A DNA stretch of 64,000 nt, from the NCBI GenBank assembly GCA_965655095.1, contig OZ296649.1, forward strand, positions 76,384,001 through 76,448,000, read 5' to 3'. The DNA is from Haplodiscus bocki. Lineage: Eukaryota. Positions 1 to 12,072 of this stretch are shown here, one piece after another. Every line of letters starts with the position of its first letter. The first letter of the stretch is position 1. The translations under genes were made by a program, and so were the position numbers. The notes beneath the pieces were generated by a model that saw only the letters and a program-made list of their open reading frames with translations, was not told the DNA's origin and made no database searches.

Positions 1-28
1 AATCAGCAACAACATTTGAAGTAAATAA

Positions 29-106
29 ACGTTTAGGTAATACAGCCACATACAGACTGTTTTATATACGTTTAGGTAATACAGCCACATACAGACTGTT
101 TTATAT
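29..106. repeat. Perfect 39-bp tandem duplication
   Basis: acgtttaggtaatacagccacatacagactgttttatat at 29-67 and 68-106. Confidence 0.95.
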
Positions 107-1094
107 CTCTTCATTTTTCAGTCCAAAATGCAGCATTTAAGCTAGCTCAAAACGGATAAAAAATCACCGGTTGTTTCGAAAATATTTTTCCTTCCTTTTC
201 GTGGGAAGATTTTCGACAATGGGGTCGTAGCTATCCTTCGTGTACGATGTTCAACTCCTTCCAATGTCTAAATCAACGTAACCAAATAGCGGCGAGTAAC
301 TTAAAAGGGCAGAAAAAAACAACGACTGAAATTAAAAATTGGCGATTTCGTCAGACAAAGTTCATACAAAACTCGTTAAGCTAGGCAGATTTTTGAGCAA
401 GTAATTCGACAAACTTATGAGTAAGTTAAAACTTTAAATGGCAAGCCATCTCTTGGTATTATGTCTTGACTCAGATTTGGCATTATATCGCTTTAATTAT
501 TGGCTTGATTCATTCGGAATTCTTTCGCATTACTATTTTGGTTCTTATGAAACGGATCTCGTTTTGATATATTTGGGGTTCAAATTCCTGCCGAACTTCA
601 CGCCTCATCAACAACTCTTCCGGTCGGGAAGTTGTTCCTTGTCCACAGACTAGACCAAAGAAACATTGAATAAGCCGCAACGGCCCAAGTCAGCGCCGCC
701 TGTAAAGCCTAAAATATTTATGGGGTCCGTTAGTTTTGAAAAATTATGGCTTTTCGGACAAAAAAATGATATGGTCAGTTTTCTCCAAAAATTTTGTCCC
801 GCAACGCCAAAAATTCACTAGAAGGACTTTTCGGTCATAGTCTCATTCAAAAAATTGATTTGTCAGACATGACTTTTAGGACGCTGTTCTCCAGAACAAT
901 GTTAAAAAAATGCACTATAAAAAAAATTTCAAAAATGGAATTAAGCGAATTTACCAAAAGTCAACTGATTTTTGAAAAAGCAGAAAAAAGAATGGAAATT
1001 AAATTTGATAATAATTGAATCCGTTTCCCCATGTACTTGAAATCAAAGAGTAAATAGTGACATTCGTTTTAGCTGAGGAATGTGAGAAAGTAAA

Positions 1095-4000
1095 ACATAG
1101 GTGCTGAGGTGCTTAGCGCAAGGCTCGCGCAGGTAAACAACCTCTTGATTACATCGCTGACCACATGCTTATGCAATTCAATAGAGCATGTAGCAAAATC
1201 TGGAGAGATTAGGTAAAGAACAACCAATAGAGATAACAGCGGTCCAAAGTATCTATTATAACTTCAAACAAAATTTAGCAAAAACGAATTGTCATCTCGA
1301 AAGTCAGCGAAAGCCAGCCGATCTTTGGCAAATAACGTGTCGGAGAAGCAAGGTTCCAGACGTCGACAACTAGGGCGTTAAGTAAAGAAATTCGAATCTG
1401 GAAACAAAAATGCTTCCCCAAAAGCCGTGTTTTCTCGAGTTTTTCTCAGAAAAATCGACTAGTATGTAAAAGATTTTTCACGCAACCCGAAGGTCATAAA
1501 AACAACGAGAAGATGCTGAGGGTTCTTAGGAGAAACACACTCGAGGCGATTTTCCAGGTTATGAGAGTCGTAGTAAATATCGCAAAGGGCAGGAACAACT
1601 GAAAAAATGCTAAACATCCAAAGAGTACCTTGGCCGGACCACCTATCTACAACCGAGCGTAACCTGAAATGCTCTCAACTGCTTCTCCAGGCAATGCAGT
1701 GGGCATCACAAGCCCAGATAAATTTTTATTGTGCAACCGGACGTAAAGTCTTCAGAGCAGTCAACAAAGGTTAAGGAAACATATTTTTTGACAATTTTCG
1801 GCAATCAACCCATGAACAAAGTTCACTCGCAGTCGACACTTGAATCAAAACTCACTGCTGTACAAAATGCTTTATCTGTTCCTCAACTCGACTGATACTG
1901 ATAACTTTGAGGCATGCTGAACGCGCAAAACTTTATATAACGCTGAAAATTATTTGAAAATTCATTTTTTTCCACAAAAAAATTTCGGCCAAAATCTAGT
2001 GGGAACATCAGAAAATATAAGGCGAAAAATTGAAAAGAACTAAAGTTTTATATTTCATCGCCCAACCAGCGTTCGGATCGAATATATGGGATATTAAGCC
2101 AGAGAAGTGCGTCAAAGTAACACTTGCTTTCCGAAAAAATTGGGTTTTCAATTATCTTCACCGAAATCTCGCCGGCGAAAAAGTTTCGTCCATCGAAAAA
2201 ATCGGCCCCGGTCAATTACCACGTTGCCAATGCAGCTAAGACATAAGCCAACGGATCCTACAAAAGCGGTTGTAGAAAACGAGCGTCAAAAATACGAAAT
2301 AAAGTGGGGAATTATTGTTTCGTAAAAATTCAAACATTACCGCTTTTCTCCACGGAAATTGGCTGAAAAAACCGTTTCGCCAAAGATATCACAGCAAGCC
2401 GCTCATTTGAATAGTGTTCCATCAACTAGTGCAGAAACAAAAGCATTTCCAAGCTGACTGCACAGATAGGACTCAAACATAGCCTTTGTCCTCTAAAAAA
2501 ATAGAATTGAAATTTTTTCCGCCAATAACTCGCCGAAAAGAAAAATTTGGGAACCGGAAAATAGAAAAATCATAGATCGTGAACCTGCTGTATTGTTTAT
2601 ACAAAATGCCAAAAAATCCGACCACTCGGTGCTGAGAAAAAAAGTTCAAAAGAGATGAAACGCAGAGGGTTGTCACGGACGTGAAAAAAAAACGAAATCA
2701 TTTTGACAAGTCTTTTGCGAACAAAATAAAATAGGCGCTAAGGTGCTCAGTGCATGGCTCGCGCAGGTACTCAAACCGTTGACTACAACACTGACCAGAG
2801 GCTTAAGCAATGCCAGAGAGCATGTAGCGAAATCTGGGATTGGGCAAAAAACAACCATCAGATGAGAGCGGAGGTGCAAGGTAACTATCCTAACTTCAAA
2901 CAAAATTTAGCCCAAAAGGAAAACTTTGTCATCTCAAAAGTCAATGGAAGCCAGCCCCAGTTTAGGAAGTGCTGTCTCAGAAAACCGAGGTTCCAAAAGT
3001 TGACAATTGTGAGTTAAGTGAAGAACAACGAATCCGGAAACAAAAGTCTTCCCAAAAAGCCGTGTTTTCTCGATAATTATTCTCAGAAAACTCAACTAAA
3101 AGAATTTTGGCGCAACCCCGAGGTCACATGGGCATTCAAGAGAGGCTGGAAGATAATTGTACACACACACACACTTGAGGCATTTTTCCAGGTGATCGGA
3201 GTAATGGTAAATTATCGCTAAAAGCAAAAACAATTGAAAAAAATTGTTCTACATCCAAAGAGTACCTTGGCCGGACCAGATATCTACAACCGCTCGTAAC
3301 CTGAAATGCTCTCAACTGCTTCTCCAGGCAATGCAGTGGGTATCAGAAGCCCAGATAAGTTCTTTTTGTGGAACCGGATGAAAAGTTATTGGAGGAGTCG
3401 ACAAAGGTTATGGAAACCTATTTTTTGACAATTTTCCGCAATAAATTATTGAGAAAAATTTACTCGCGAACAAAAATTGCATCAGAACTCACTGCTGTAC
3501 AAGTTGCCTAATATGTTCCTAATTTCAAGTGATATGCATCACTTTGAGGCAAGCCGAAAGCGCTACACTTCGGAAAATGCAGAATATTTCCTTGAAATAT
3601 CATTTTTTTGAACAAAAATTTTTGGGTGAATTTTGTGGAAAATCAGAAAATTATCAGCTGACAACACAATGCAACTAACGCTTCCTATTCCATCGCCTAC
3701 CCTTCATTGGTACACCATACATGGGAAATTAGGCAAGAAAAGTCCGACACAGTAACATTTGCCCTTTTAAAAAATCTGGGTTTTCAAATACTTTCGCCCA
3801 AATCTCGCCGGCGAAAAAACTTCAGCATACTAAAATTTCAGCCCCGGTCAATTACGACGTCGCCAATGCAGCTAACTAATCAGCAAACGGATCCTGCAAA
3901 TGTGTTTGTAGAAAATGAGCGTCAAAGTTAAGAAACGCAGTGTGCAATGGGGAATGTCGAATCTGTTTCAAACATTTCAGCTTTTTTTGACGAAAACTGA

Positions 4001-4385
4001 CCGAAAAAAACATGGTAAAAAATTCCACTGTCGGCCGATCATCTGAATGGTGTTCCATTGATTAGTGCAAAAACATTCTCATTTCCAAGCTTACTGTAAA
4101 GACAAGACTCAAAAAAATACCCTTCGCCCTCTAAAAATCTGAAAATCGAAATTTTTTCCGCTAATAACTTGCCGAAAAACAATTTCAGCGACCGAAACTT
4201 TGGAATATGATAGATCGTGAACCCGTCGTAGTGTTTATACAAAAATTGGATAAATGCGACCATTAGGTGCCGAGAAAGTTAGATTTAAAGAGTTCAAAAG
4301 CAGAGGGATGTCACGGCCGGGAAAAAAAACGAAATCATTTTGACATGTCCTTTTGCGAACAGGCTTCGCTCCGCTCGCCTAAAAA
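1095..4385 (-). mobile_element. Head-to-tail dimer of a ~1.63-kb non-coding element, Helentron/HINE-like
   Basis: Homologous blocks at an offset of about 1633 (e.g. catccaaagagtaccttggccggacca at ~1615 and ~3252). Hairpin-like ends (aggcttcgctccgctcgcct-aaaaa; gtgctgag-gtg-cttagcgc). No coding capacity. Confidence 0.7.
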
Positions 4386-4534
4386 TGCAAGTTAAAAATG
4401 GGAAGAAAATATCCGTGCACTTTATGGCTCAGCCTCGCTTAGCCGGCCAGTCACAGATTTGAGAAAAAAGTAAAAGTTTGTAGTCTTTGAACAAAATTAA
4501 TGCCTAAAAAGTACATGTACCTGCGTATTGTCTC

Positions 4535-5070
4535 AATACAGGCAAAGTGGAACTTCGCAACACATCCTAGCTTCTCAGTTGAGATCGATCTTGAAAAACA
4601 TGTCTGGAGACGTGATTGAACCTTTTAGAATTTCTACAGCAGCTGCCAATCAAGTATTTGTTCGAAGAAGTCAAATTGAGCTAGGTACCTGCCAGATTGT
4701 CTCCAACTTCAACATTTGATCTGTCAATCATTTTTTTGAGGGTACGCCATTGAACGGGCCAATATTTAAGAAATTGGACATTTTACAATGCAAAAATGAA
4801 CGAGTACCTGTCAAAGTGTTTCATAGATAATCGATAAGTTGCCCAGTCTATGTCATTTAGGTCACGCCATTTTTCTGCCCAAGGTTTAAAAGTCTTGCAC
4901 AGTAAACAACGCCAAAATGAGCAATTCACTACCTACACTGTCTCATTCAAAACACTGAAATGTGAAACATACCTTTTAGGACGCTGCTGTTCATTTTTTC
5001 ATAGCATTGTTCAAAAAATTACTAATATTCGGAGAGTGCAAATAAACTAGTACCTGGCAAATGAGTCAAA
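4535..5070 (+). repeat. Interspersed MITE-like family with ~120-bp internal subunits, copy 1
   Basis: Start motif acag(a)ggcRaagYggaacttcgcaa and internal tttgatctgtcaatcat shared with copies at ~15600 and ~27745. Confidence 0.65.
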
Positions 5071-7766
5071 ACAGCTCATTTTTGAGCGTTTACATTAGAA
5101 GACTAACGATATCAAATAATACAAGTTTTGTACAGGCATAAGACTCGACAGGCATAAGAAAAAACAACTCGGCATCAGACGTTTCTAACACATTTTTTTC
5201 CTTTCGGTCAGAATGTTTCAAAATTATTACTTTATAGAAGGCGAAAACAGACAAGAACACACCAAATTTCCAAGCAGAGCTTAACTGAAAACTGCTAGAA
5301 AATTACCAAAAACCTTGTGTACAGACTAGCGTTCAACCCTGCGACAGACATGCTGAGTCCCCTAGCTAATGTTTTGATTCTTCGAGCATGTCGCTTCATA
5401 ATTACTCTAAATTCACTCAGTTGGCTGTTGTTTTCATCACAATATACAAGAGGAGAAATAGTAATCGGCGGTCCATACAGCCCAAACAGCGAATAACGAG
5501 TTACTTCAAAAAAATAACCTCTGGTTCGACCTCCGATTGTAACCCGAAATTGAGTTTCTTTAGCACAAGTCTTTTCTCCACCATCGTCCGGTATGTGGAA
5601 GGGATAATACTAAAACTTTTCCTTGGACAAATTAACAAAATTAACGTAGTATAAGATGTGTAAGTATCACAAAATCAAGTGTCGAGGTTTTCAAGATTTT
5701 TGATTGTGCAAAGGTTACCTTGTCGCAGCTTCTCTGACTTGTAATGCCATGCGTACGTTCTACACTTTAGTAGAATCTTGTTTCGCTGGCTCACCTCCTC
5801 AAAAAAGCGTCAAACCGGATAAACTCCACCACTTTCTGTGGTTCAATTTTTCACCCAAAGACATGAGGTCAAAATCAGGGAAAAACGACAGATCGCTTGT
5901 TGCAGACTGAAACCTACTGAATATTCAAAGGATGGTTCTTTTGGCATACCACAGTGTCATTTTACCTTCCACCTTGCGCCAAAACATCACATTAGCCTTT
6001 ACCTTGTAAGATACTCGAAATGAAAAATTGAGGTAAAAATGTTCGAATTAAAAATACAGAATACAAATCACTAAACTGTTAAGCTTTCCAAAACGATGAA
6101 CCAGAATCAACAAAACCTTTGCATCCAACGTCCAGCAGCACTCTCAAATTGTGAAGTGGCGCAAATTTTGGGAGGTTAGTGAAAAGCAATTGCAAAAAAA
6201 TTACTATTTCATACATAAAACATTCTTTCACCATAGCTTTAAGAAATTTTACGGTAGTGATTTTAATTATTAGAACTCCTGAGAAAAAAATTGACGTTTT
6301 GGAAGCTCAAAAACGAAGATGTTTAGAAAAAAATCGCAGAAAACGTTCCTTAGAATTTTGATGAGATGACAAAGGTCTTTGTTTGGTGAAAACCGGACCA
6401 TTATTCACAGAGTTGGAGACCCCTTTTTAGTCATTCTCACAATTTTGGACTTCTGCAGATTTTGATCGACTATGTAGATGAAGAAACTAGATCTGATAGA
6501 ATCAAACGAAACTCCCCCCCAAGCAATGATAAGCGAAGTTAACACAAGTTTGATTTTCCTAGAAAACGCTTATTCTTCCAAGATTGATTTATCTTGTTAT
6601 TACTGCATTGAAACTTCTTAACCTCACGCGTGGATTGAAGTTAAACTCTATATTATATAAACAATATTAACCTATGAATTGTATATACTCTTGAAAAATG
6701 CTTTGAAGAACTAACAATGAGCCCAAGATATATTATTGAATACAAGAAATTGTAAGACGAACATCAGTTAGAAATAAATTATTGAAGGAAAGCTCTTCCA
6801 TTCAATACACCTGATTCAAGGAATTAGAAGTTTATAGAGATTCCCGTTTGGACGTAGCCTTCAGATTGAGAGGCATCTTTGGATAGGACACCTTAATCAA
6901 ACTTGCCTAGTCCAACCGTCAAAAGACGTACGAAAACACAGCATGCACTTCTTCAAACCTTTGAATCTCTCTCAAAACTTTCGGCTTCTGAGATAAAACT
7001 TTCTGAGATAAACTTCTTTATAACTTCATCTATAGGAAATTGACTTCAGTTAAGTAACGTAAATTTTTGAAGACTTAATTTTTTTGAGGAGTCAAAAGTT
7101 TTGGGAAAGATTCAAAGCCACATAATTGTATCTAACCTTTTTCCTATATTTTTGTAGTTTGCGAGATTTTTGAGACGAAACTCAAATTGGGTTCAAAATG
7201 GCCAGAATTGGGCAAGTCATAACTTCTCCACTATTGGCCCGATTTCAAAACACAAAAGACCAATAAAATCTTTATGAAAAATTCAGGAAACTTTCTTTTT
7301 ACTGTTTCCTCGTCAAATAAAATTTGCTCATATTTTGCTCCGGAGTTCACTTAATTAAGATCAGTACTGTAATTGTTTCAAAAGCAGAGATTGCTCCTAG
7401 CTCGTTAGACTAGTCATTCACAAAATATGGTAACGTGATAAATTGTCTCATTTTGAAAGACATGCGACTCATACATACCAAAAAGATCTTTTATAAGTTG
7501 TTCTACTCACTACAAAACATTTGGAGTCATAATCTTTTCTGTCAACAAACGCATTTTTGTCAATGTCTTTCACAAGGAGCGTTTCAACTCTGATGACAAA
7601 AAGATGATTTATTCGATGTTTACTGTGATAAACATGGTTCCGTAAAACGCTTTCTGAAAAGCAACGTTTGTGTTCGAAACTGCTCGGTCTGTTTGAAATT
7701 TCTGCAAGGTATACTGAAACGATGACGAATGAATAGAATAACACTAAGTGGTATTTTTTGTCAACT

Positions 7767-8755
7767 TCAAAGTTCAGCGGATATTACTGGAGGTTGTGGC
7801 ATCATATTGTTACCCGCAAGATTGGTGGAACTGAAGTTAATCGGTTTGTACGTCTTGTTAGCATTCGACGCATGAAGAGCCGATCTGAATCCCATGGGTC
7901 CTCGATTGTCCACTGCTGTCATTCCAGGCATCGCAACACCTCCTCGGGGCGCCATAAACGAAATAGACGAAGCGGGCCTCGACCCAGGCAAACTTGGCGT
8001 CTGGTCCGAACTGCCTCCAAAGTTGGGATAACCTCTGTTTTTGGGCCTATCAATGGCCTGAAATGCACTGGGCGCAGTCAAAGAACTTTCGGACGGGTTG
8101 AGCGAAAGCTGAGACAAGTTCAGATGTCTCTGGGGTGTAGCAACATTGGCCACGGGCTGCACAATATTGTGCATCTTCTGCCTCCTTTCATTCATAGCAG
8201 ACGCTTTGTTCATTGCCTCAGCCATAATCTCAGCCCCACTTTTCATGGTAGCCTCTACTGGGATTCCTTCGGCCGCAGCTTCCCATGGTGTCAACTGTTT
8301 AATAACGCTGGTCATCGAGGGAAGTCTCTCTGGTCTTGCTTGGTACATTCTAGACAAGCTCTGCTCAAGTGCGCCTTCAGTTATACGGCCATTTTTTATG
8401 GCTTCCACGATCCCGAAACTCTTGCCCCGTCTGTTAGTTTCATCTGTAACCCACTTCAGCGACTTTTCGCACCTCTTTTGAAACATGTTGCTACCACGTC
8501 CGCAACCGCCCCGCAAATCATGCACTATTTTAGCACACACACTAGGAGTGACAATATTGTGTTCGCATCTTTCGTCGTCGCTAAGGTCAACTTCGAAGTT
8601 GGTCGCTTTCACAACACGGTGAGTTCCACTCTGTGGATCATACACTGTGTACTTCTGTTGCTGTTGTTTCCTGTTTTTCAAATTCTCCGCTTTCATCAGC
8701 AATTCTTCAGGATTAGGCGGCAGCGGTATCCCATGGTGGATGTACTCCGTAGCCA
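7767..8755 (-). CDS. Terminal coding exon of a synaptopodin-2/myopodin-like (calsarcin-motif) gene
   Basis: 329-codon ORF preceded by acceptor tttttctag|TG (phase 1; A+TG gives Met). Contains GRGSNMFQKRCEKSLKWVTDE and LTPWEAAAEG, resembling the G-K-G-x-x-F-x-K-R and TPWEAAA motifs of vertebrate SYNPO2/SYNPO2L. AATAAA about 155 nt past the stop (7608-7613). Confidence 0.85.
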
Positions 8756-9194
8756 CTAGAAAAACAATTTAGAAAACATTTCAAGTTTTTCTTATCGTCG
8801 ACAAAACAGAAGAAACAAACGTGAGAAGTCTTATACCAAATTAACTGATATGACAATCCTGTCCTTTTAGGTCACGCCATTTAAGTCCAGCTTTTAGAAA
8901 TTCGCATATTACGGAATGGTAGAAAGGTGCGTGCCAAATATTTCAAAAAAGATTGAACTTTTAGGTCAAAGCATTTACCTTGCTGATGAATTCAAACACG
9001 GAAAGCAGTGGATGAGAACAACGACCCTTGTCTAGTTTCAAAACAAATTAAACAAAATAGTTCTCTCGAGATTCGAAAAGCATCTCATTTCTTTTTTTGG
9101 AAATTCTTCAATTGAACTTCTCACTCCATACAACGACCGTTCAGTCAGAGATCAATTTACCGTGCCTTGTCAAGTTACGCTCCAAAATACTAAC

Positions 9195-9494
9195 TTCGTT
9201 GAATCTTGTGATCCTTTGCTTTTTCCTGTAGCTCTTCCAACGTATTCGGAGACTGTGAAAATTCTCTGGGCACAGCTTCATTTCTGCCGTAGCCTTCTAG
9301 AGTGTATTGAGCAGCTCTTTCCTGGCGCTTGAGAAACATTTTGCCGCCTTTCGCGTTGGCGTTCCTTGGGTCAAAAAGAGATCGAGACACGACTTGCGCC
9401 ATTGCCTTCAGCTGTTCTGGAGATGGAAACAGATCCTTGGCATAGATTCCTACTTGCCAAGGCTTATGTGGTGAAACGGGCGTGGTTATTTCTT
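9195..9494 (-). CDS. Internal exon (300 nt, phase 1-1) of the synaptopodin-like gene
   Basis: ttttag|AA GAA ... CGA A|gttagt, open throughout. Encodes SRSLFDPRNANAKGGKMFLKRQERAAQYTLEGYG, similar to the SYNPO2 motif LLTDAPNPxSKGVLMFKKRRxRAxKYTLVSYG. Confidence 0.88.
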
Positions 9495-9868
9495 CTAAAA
9501 ATGGAAAAACGATGTAAAGATGAAAAAAAAACGAATAAAAGGATGCTTTTACGGCCTATGCAACAGCTTAGAAGCAGTAGGTTGGCTACAACGAAATTCG
9601 CAAAATGGCCTGCAAAGTGAACCATTTTCAACTAGAGATGTTGCTCAATAAATAAGGGACCAGTTTCCCAACTTTCAAAACGTTCTCGGAAGCAGTGGTT
9701 TTAATTAAATGAGCTCCAGCGACACAGACTGAACATTTTAAAGCGCCGAAAATCCCTAATTAAAAGGTTGTGCTGAAAAAAGCTTAAAAAAACGGAATTC
9801 TCCTTCGTTCAAAAATGTAACGAGGAAAAACAAACTATGACGAAAAGTGATATCAAAAAAGGACTTAC

Positions 9869-10115
9869 TCGCTTAGCTCCCTCGCCTCCCAAAACTATGA
9901 CAAAATTGTTAACAATCGCCTCACTCGTGCGCCCACTCGCCTCTAACAACTTCGGTTACCTGTTCTTGGACACATTCTCAAAATTCAGACTTGGATGTGG
10001 AAATCCAAATTTTGATGAATCGTTCTGAATCAAGGTATATCAGTATTCATGAATATTGAACCATCCATATCATCCATATTTGACGGAACTTTTGTGTATT
10101 GGAGTTTCTTTGCTC
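9869..10115 (-). other. Candidate non-coding alternative 5' exon for a short isoform
   Basis: Perfect donor AAGCGA|gtaagt at 9869/9868. An in-frame TAA just before the donor makes it non-coding. The downstream exon has a good-context ATG (gcaATGG) at 9402. Left boundary of the transcript is uncertain. Confidence 0.3.
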
Positions 10116-11033
10116 CTTTACAAAATAAAATATTAGTGTTGGGGTTTCTTTGCTCCTTCACAATCAACTTTAAAAGCAGTAAATTTGAACGGTTCTGCGT
10201 ATTTAAGCCTCAACACGAAATAAATCCAAGGCAGCAAGCGATGTAATTTTTGGGCTTTCCAAATTCTTGCTAAAACTCACAGGGGTCGTGTAGTTTAAGT
10301 TTCACACTTGCGAAAGAATAAAATCTTCACGGAACCAGTACACGCTATTACCGAAGCTAGCGTTAGTGGATACTGTTTAGACTCAGTAACAAGAGTAAGA
10401 ATTTTGAAAAAATTGCTTTAAATACTTCAATTTTGTAAGATAGAACCCACACTCGGTGTTTTAGTCGTAGAAATTGCTGAGTGATTTTTGTTCTTCACTC
10501 TGGTCGCACCAGATGTTGTAAACCGGGGTTTTTTTTAGTACTAGCCTTCTCATTTTGAAATAAATCTCAAAAAATGTTTATGAAAAGAACATAAATTTTG
10601 AAAGGGTCTTTTACAGTTTCAATAAATTTTTCAAGTCTTGAACTTTTCAGACTTGGAATTTTTTTGAATAAAATTCAGGACGCTTTGTCCAGTGAATTTC
10701 TGGGGGGTGTTTTAAGAGAGAGCAAAGGAAAAGAGAATACGGAGAAGAGCTATTGTCTCCTTTACGTTCCGCGTTGGATCGTTCTTTTTGTTCGCTTATT
10801 TTCTCTCTAGCTCAGGACAGTTGTTCTGTCACGCGGCTTTTTTCTATTGGCTGAGCATTAAAGGAATCGTCTTTTGCAAATTTATACGGGCGCGTTGCTG
10901 TTCGCCTAGACAATCTAAATGCTCGGATAATTCCTCTTTGGGTATTATTTCTCTCTGAGTCAATTTCCCTCGATAATCACCGTTAGCAAAATTAACTAAA
11001 TTTAACGGTAATGCGTTGCTACAGTATTCTAAT

Positions 11034-11517
11034 TATTATTTCCCAACATATTTATAATATGGGAGGAAAATCATCCACTCAAGGCGAACGTCTTTTTTCG
11101 TTGTTTGACAATAGATAATATCCGAATGTCTGACTGTTCTGTCGTTGAAATTTTTCATCACCAAAATATAGCAAATTTGCCCTAGAGTGCGACTGAAATA
11201 GTAAGATTTCCCAAAACGTACGAAATTTGGTTTTTGAAAAATAGATGCGTTTCTGCAGACAAGACTTTTTTTTCAAAAATCGTTAAAGGTGGCAAATTTG
11301 CCGTAGAATGCGAACCAAATGATATTATTTCATAAAAATGTCTCTTCCACCTGAGTTGACGGTTTTTTGCAGAATTCAAAAATTTTAATTCGGAAAAATT
11401 ATCAAAATTTGCTGAAGATAGTATTTTTTTGTTAAAACGTCTGTCATCCTTCTAAAAGTTATCTTTAACAAAGCTAGAGGGCGGAAAATATGCAGGTGGT
11501 GGCCGGCCGTCTTGTTT
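11034..11517 (+). mobile_element. Helentron-associated non-autonomous element (HINE/DINE-1-like)
   Basis: 5' subterminal tattttccc with a nearby inverted partner (gggaggaaaat). 3' gggcggaaaata followed by a GC-rich end ggccggccgtcttgtt in a T-run. Confidence 0.65.
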
Positions 11518-11907
11518 TGATTCTGTGGCATAATAATATTTGGGAATCCGCAACTATATACATTTTCGACATAAAACGACGAAAGTGCACTAAACCGTAT
11601 GCGCCGTTACATGTACTCACCACGTGAACTTCACTATCATAGCATGATACAAATGCATGTAGATCCGGCAGACTGACTCAATTTAAATGATTAATCTTTT
11701 GCTACCGCTATCGAGGGACATGCATATTTGTGATACCGAACTTCGTCCATGCATTGAAATAACAAAATCAGTCATTATTCGTTTTTGAGGCCCGCTTGCA
11801 GCGCGCATAATTTACCGAAGTCTTCATTGCTGCCCGACTAGACATTTCACAGTTGAAGTTATAACAGCAAGTCAGATTTCCGAGAAAGAAAACGGAGAGT
11901 GACTGAC

Positions 11908-12072
11908 CTCTTCTAGATTTTATTGGCTGCCAATGACTGGCACTGACTTGAAGAGGTCTGATGACGTCAAGAGAAGTGATACTCGATCGTCTGCTTCCCA
12001 TTCCACCACCCAACACAGAGGGCGGCCTTGCTACAGGTGGCGGCGGAGGTTGCGACTGTGCTACAGGAAGCC
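11908..12072 (-). CDS. Internal exon (165 nt, phase 1-1), proline-rich
   Basis: gtttcag|GG CTT CCT ... AGA AGA G|gtcagt. Encodes LPVAQSQPPPPPVARPPSVLGGGMGSRRSSITSLD. Phase matches the 9494 acceptor. Confidence 0.78.

Noticed and set aside
438-7744. Short ORFs in the first 7.7 kb
   Set aside because: They lie in non-coding repeats or 3' flank, are low complexity and show no motifs.
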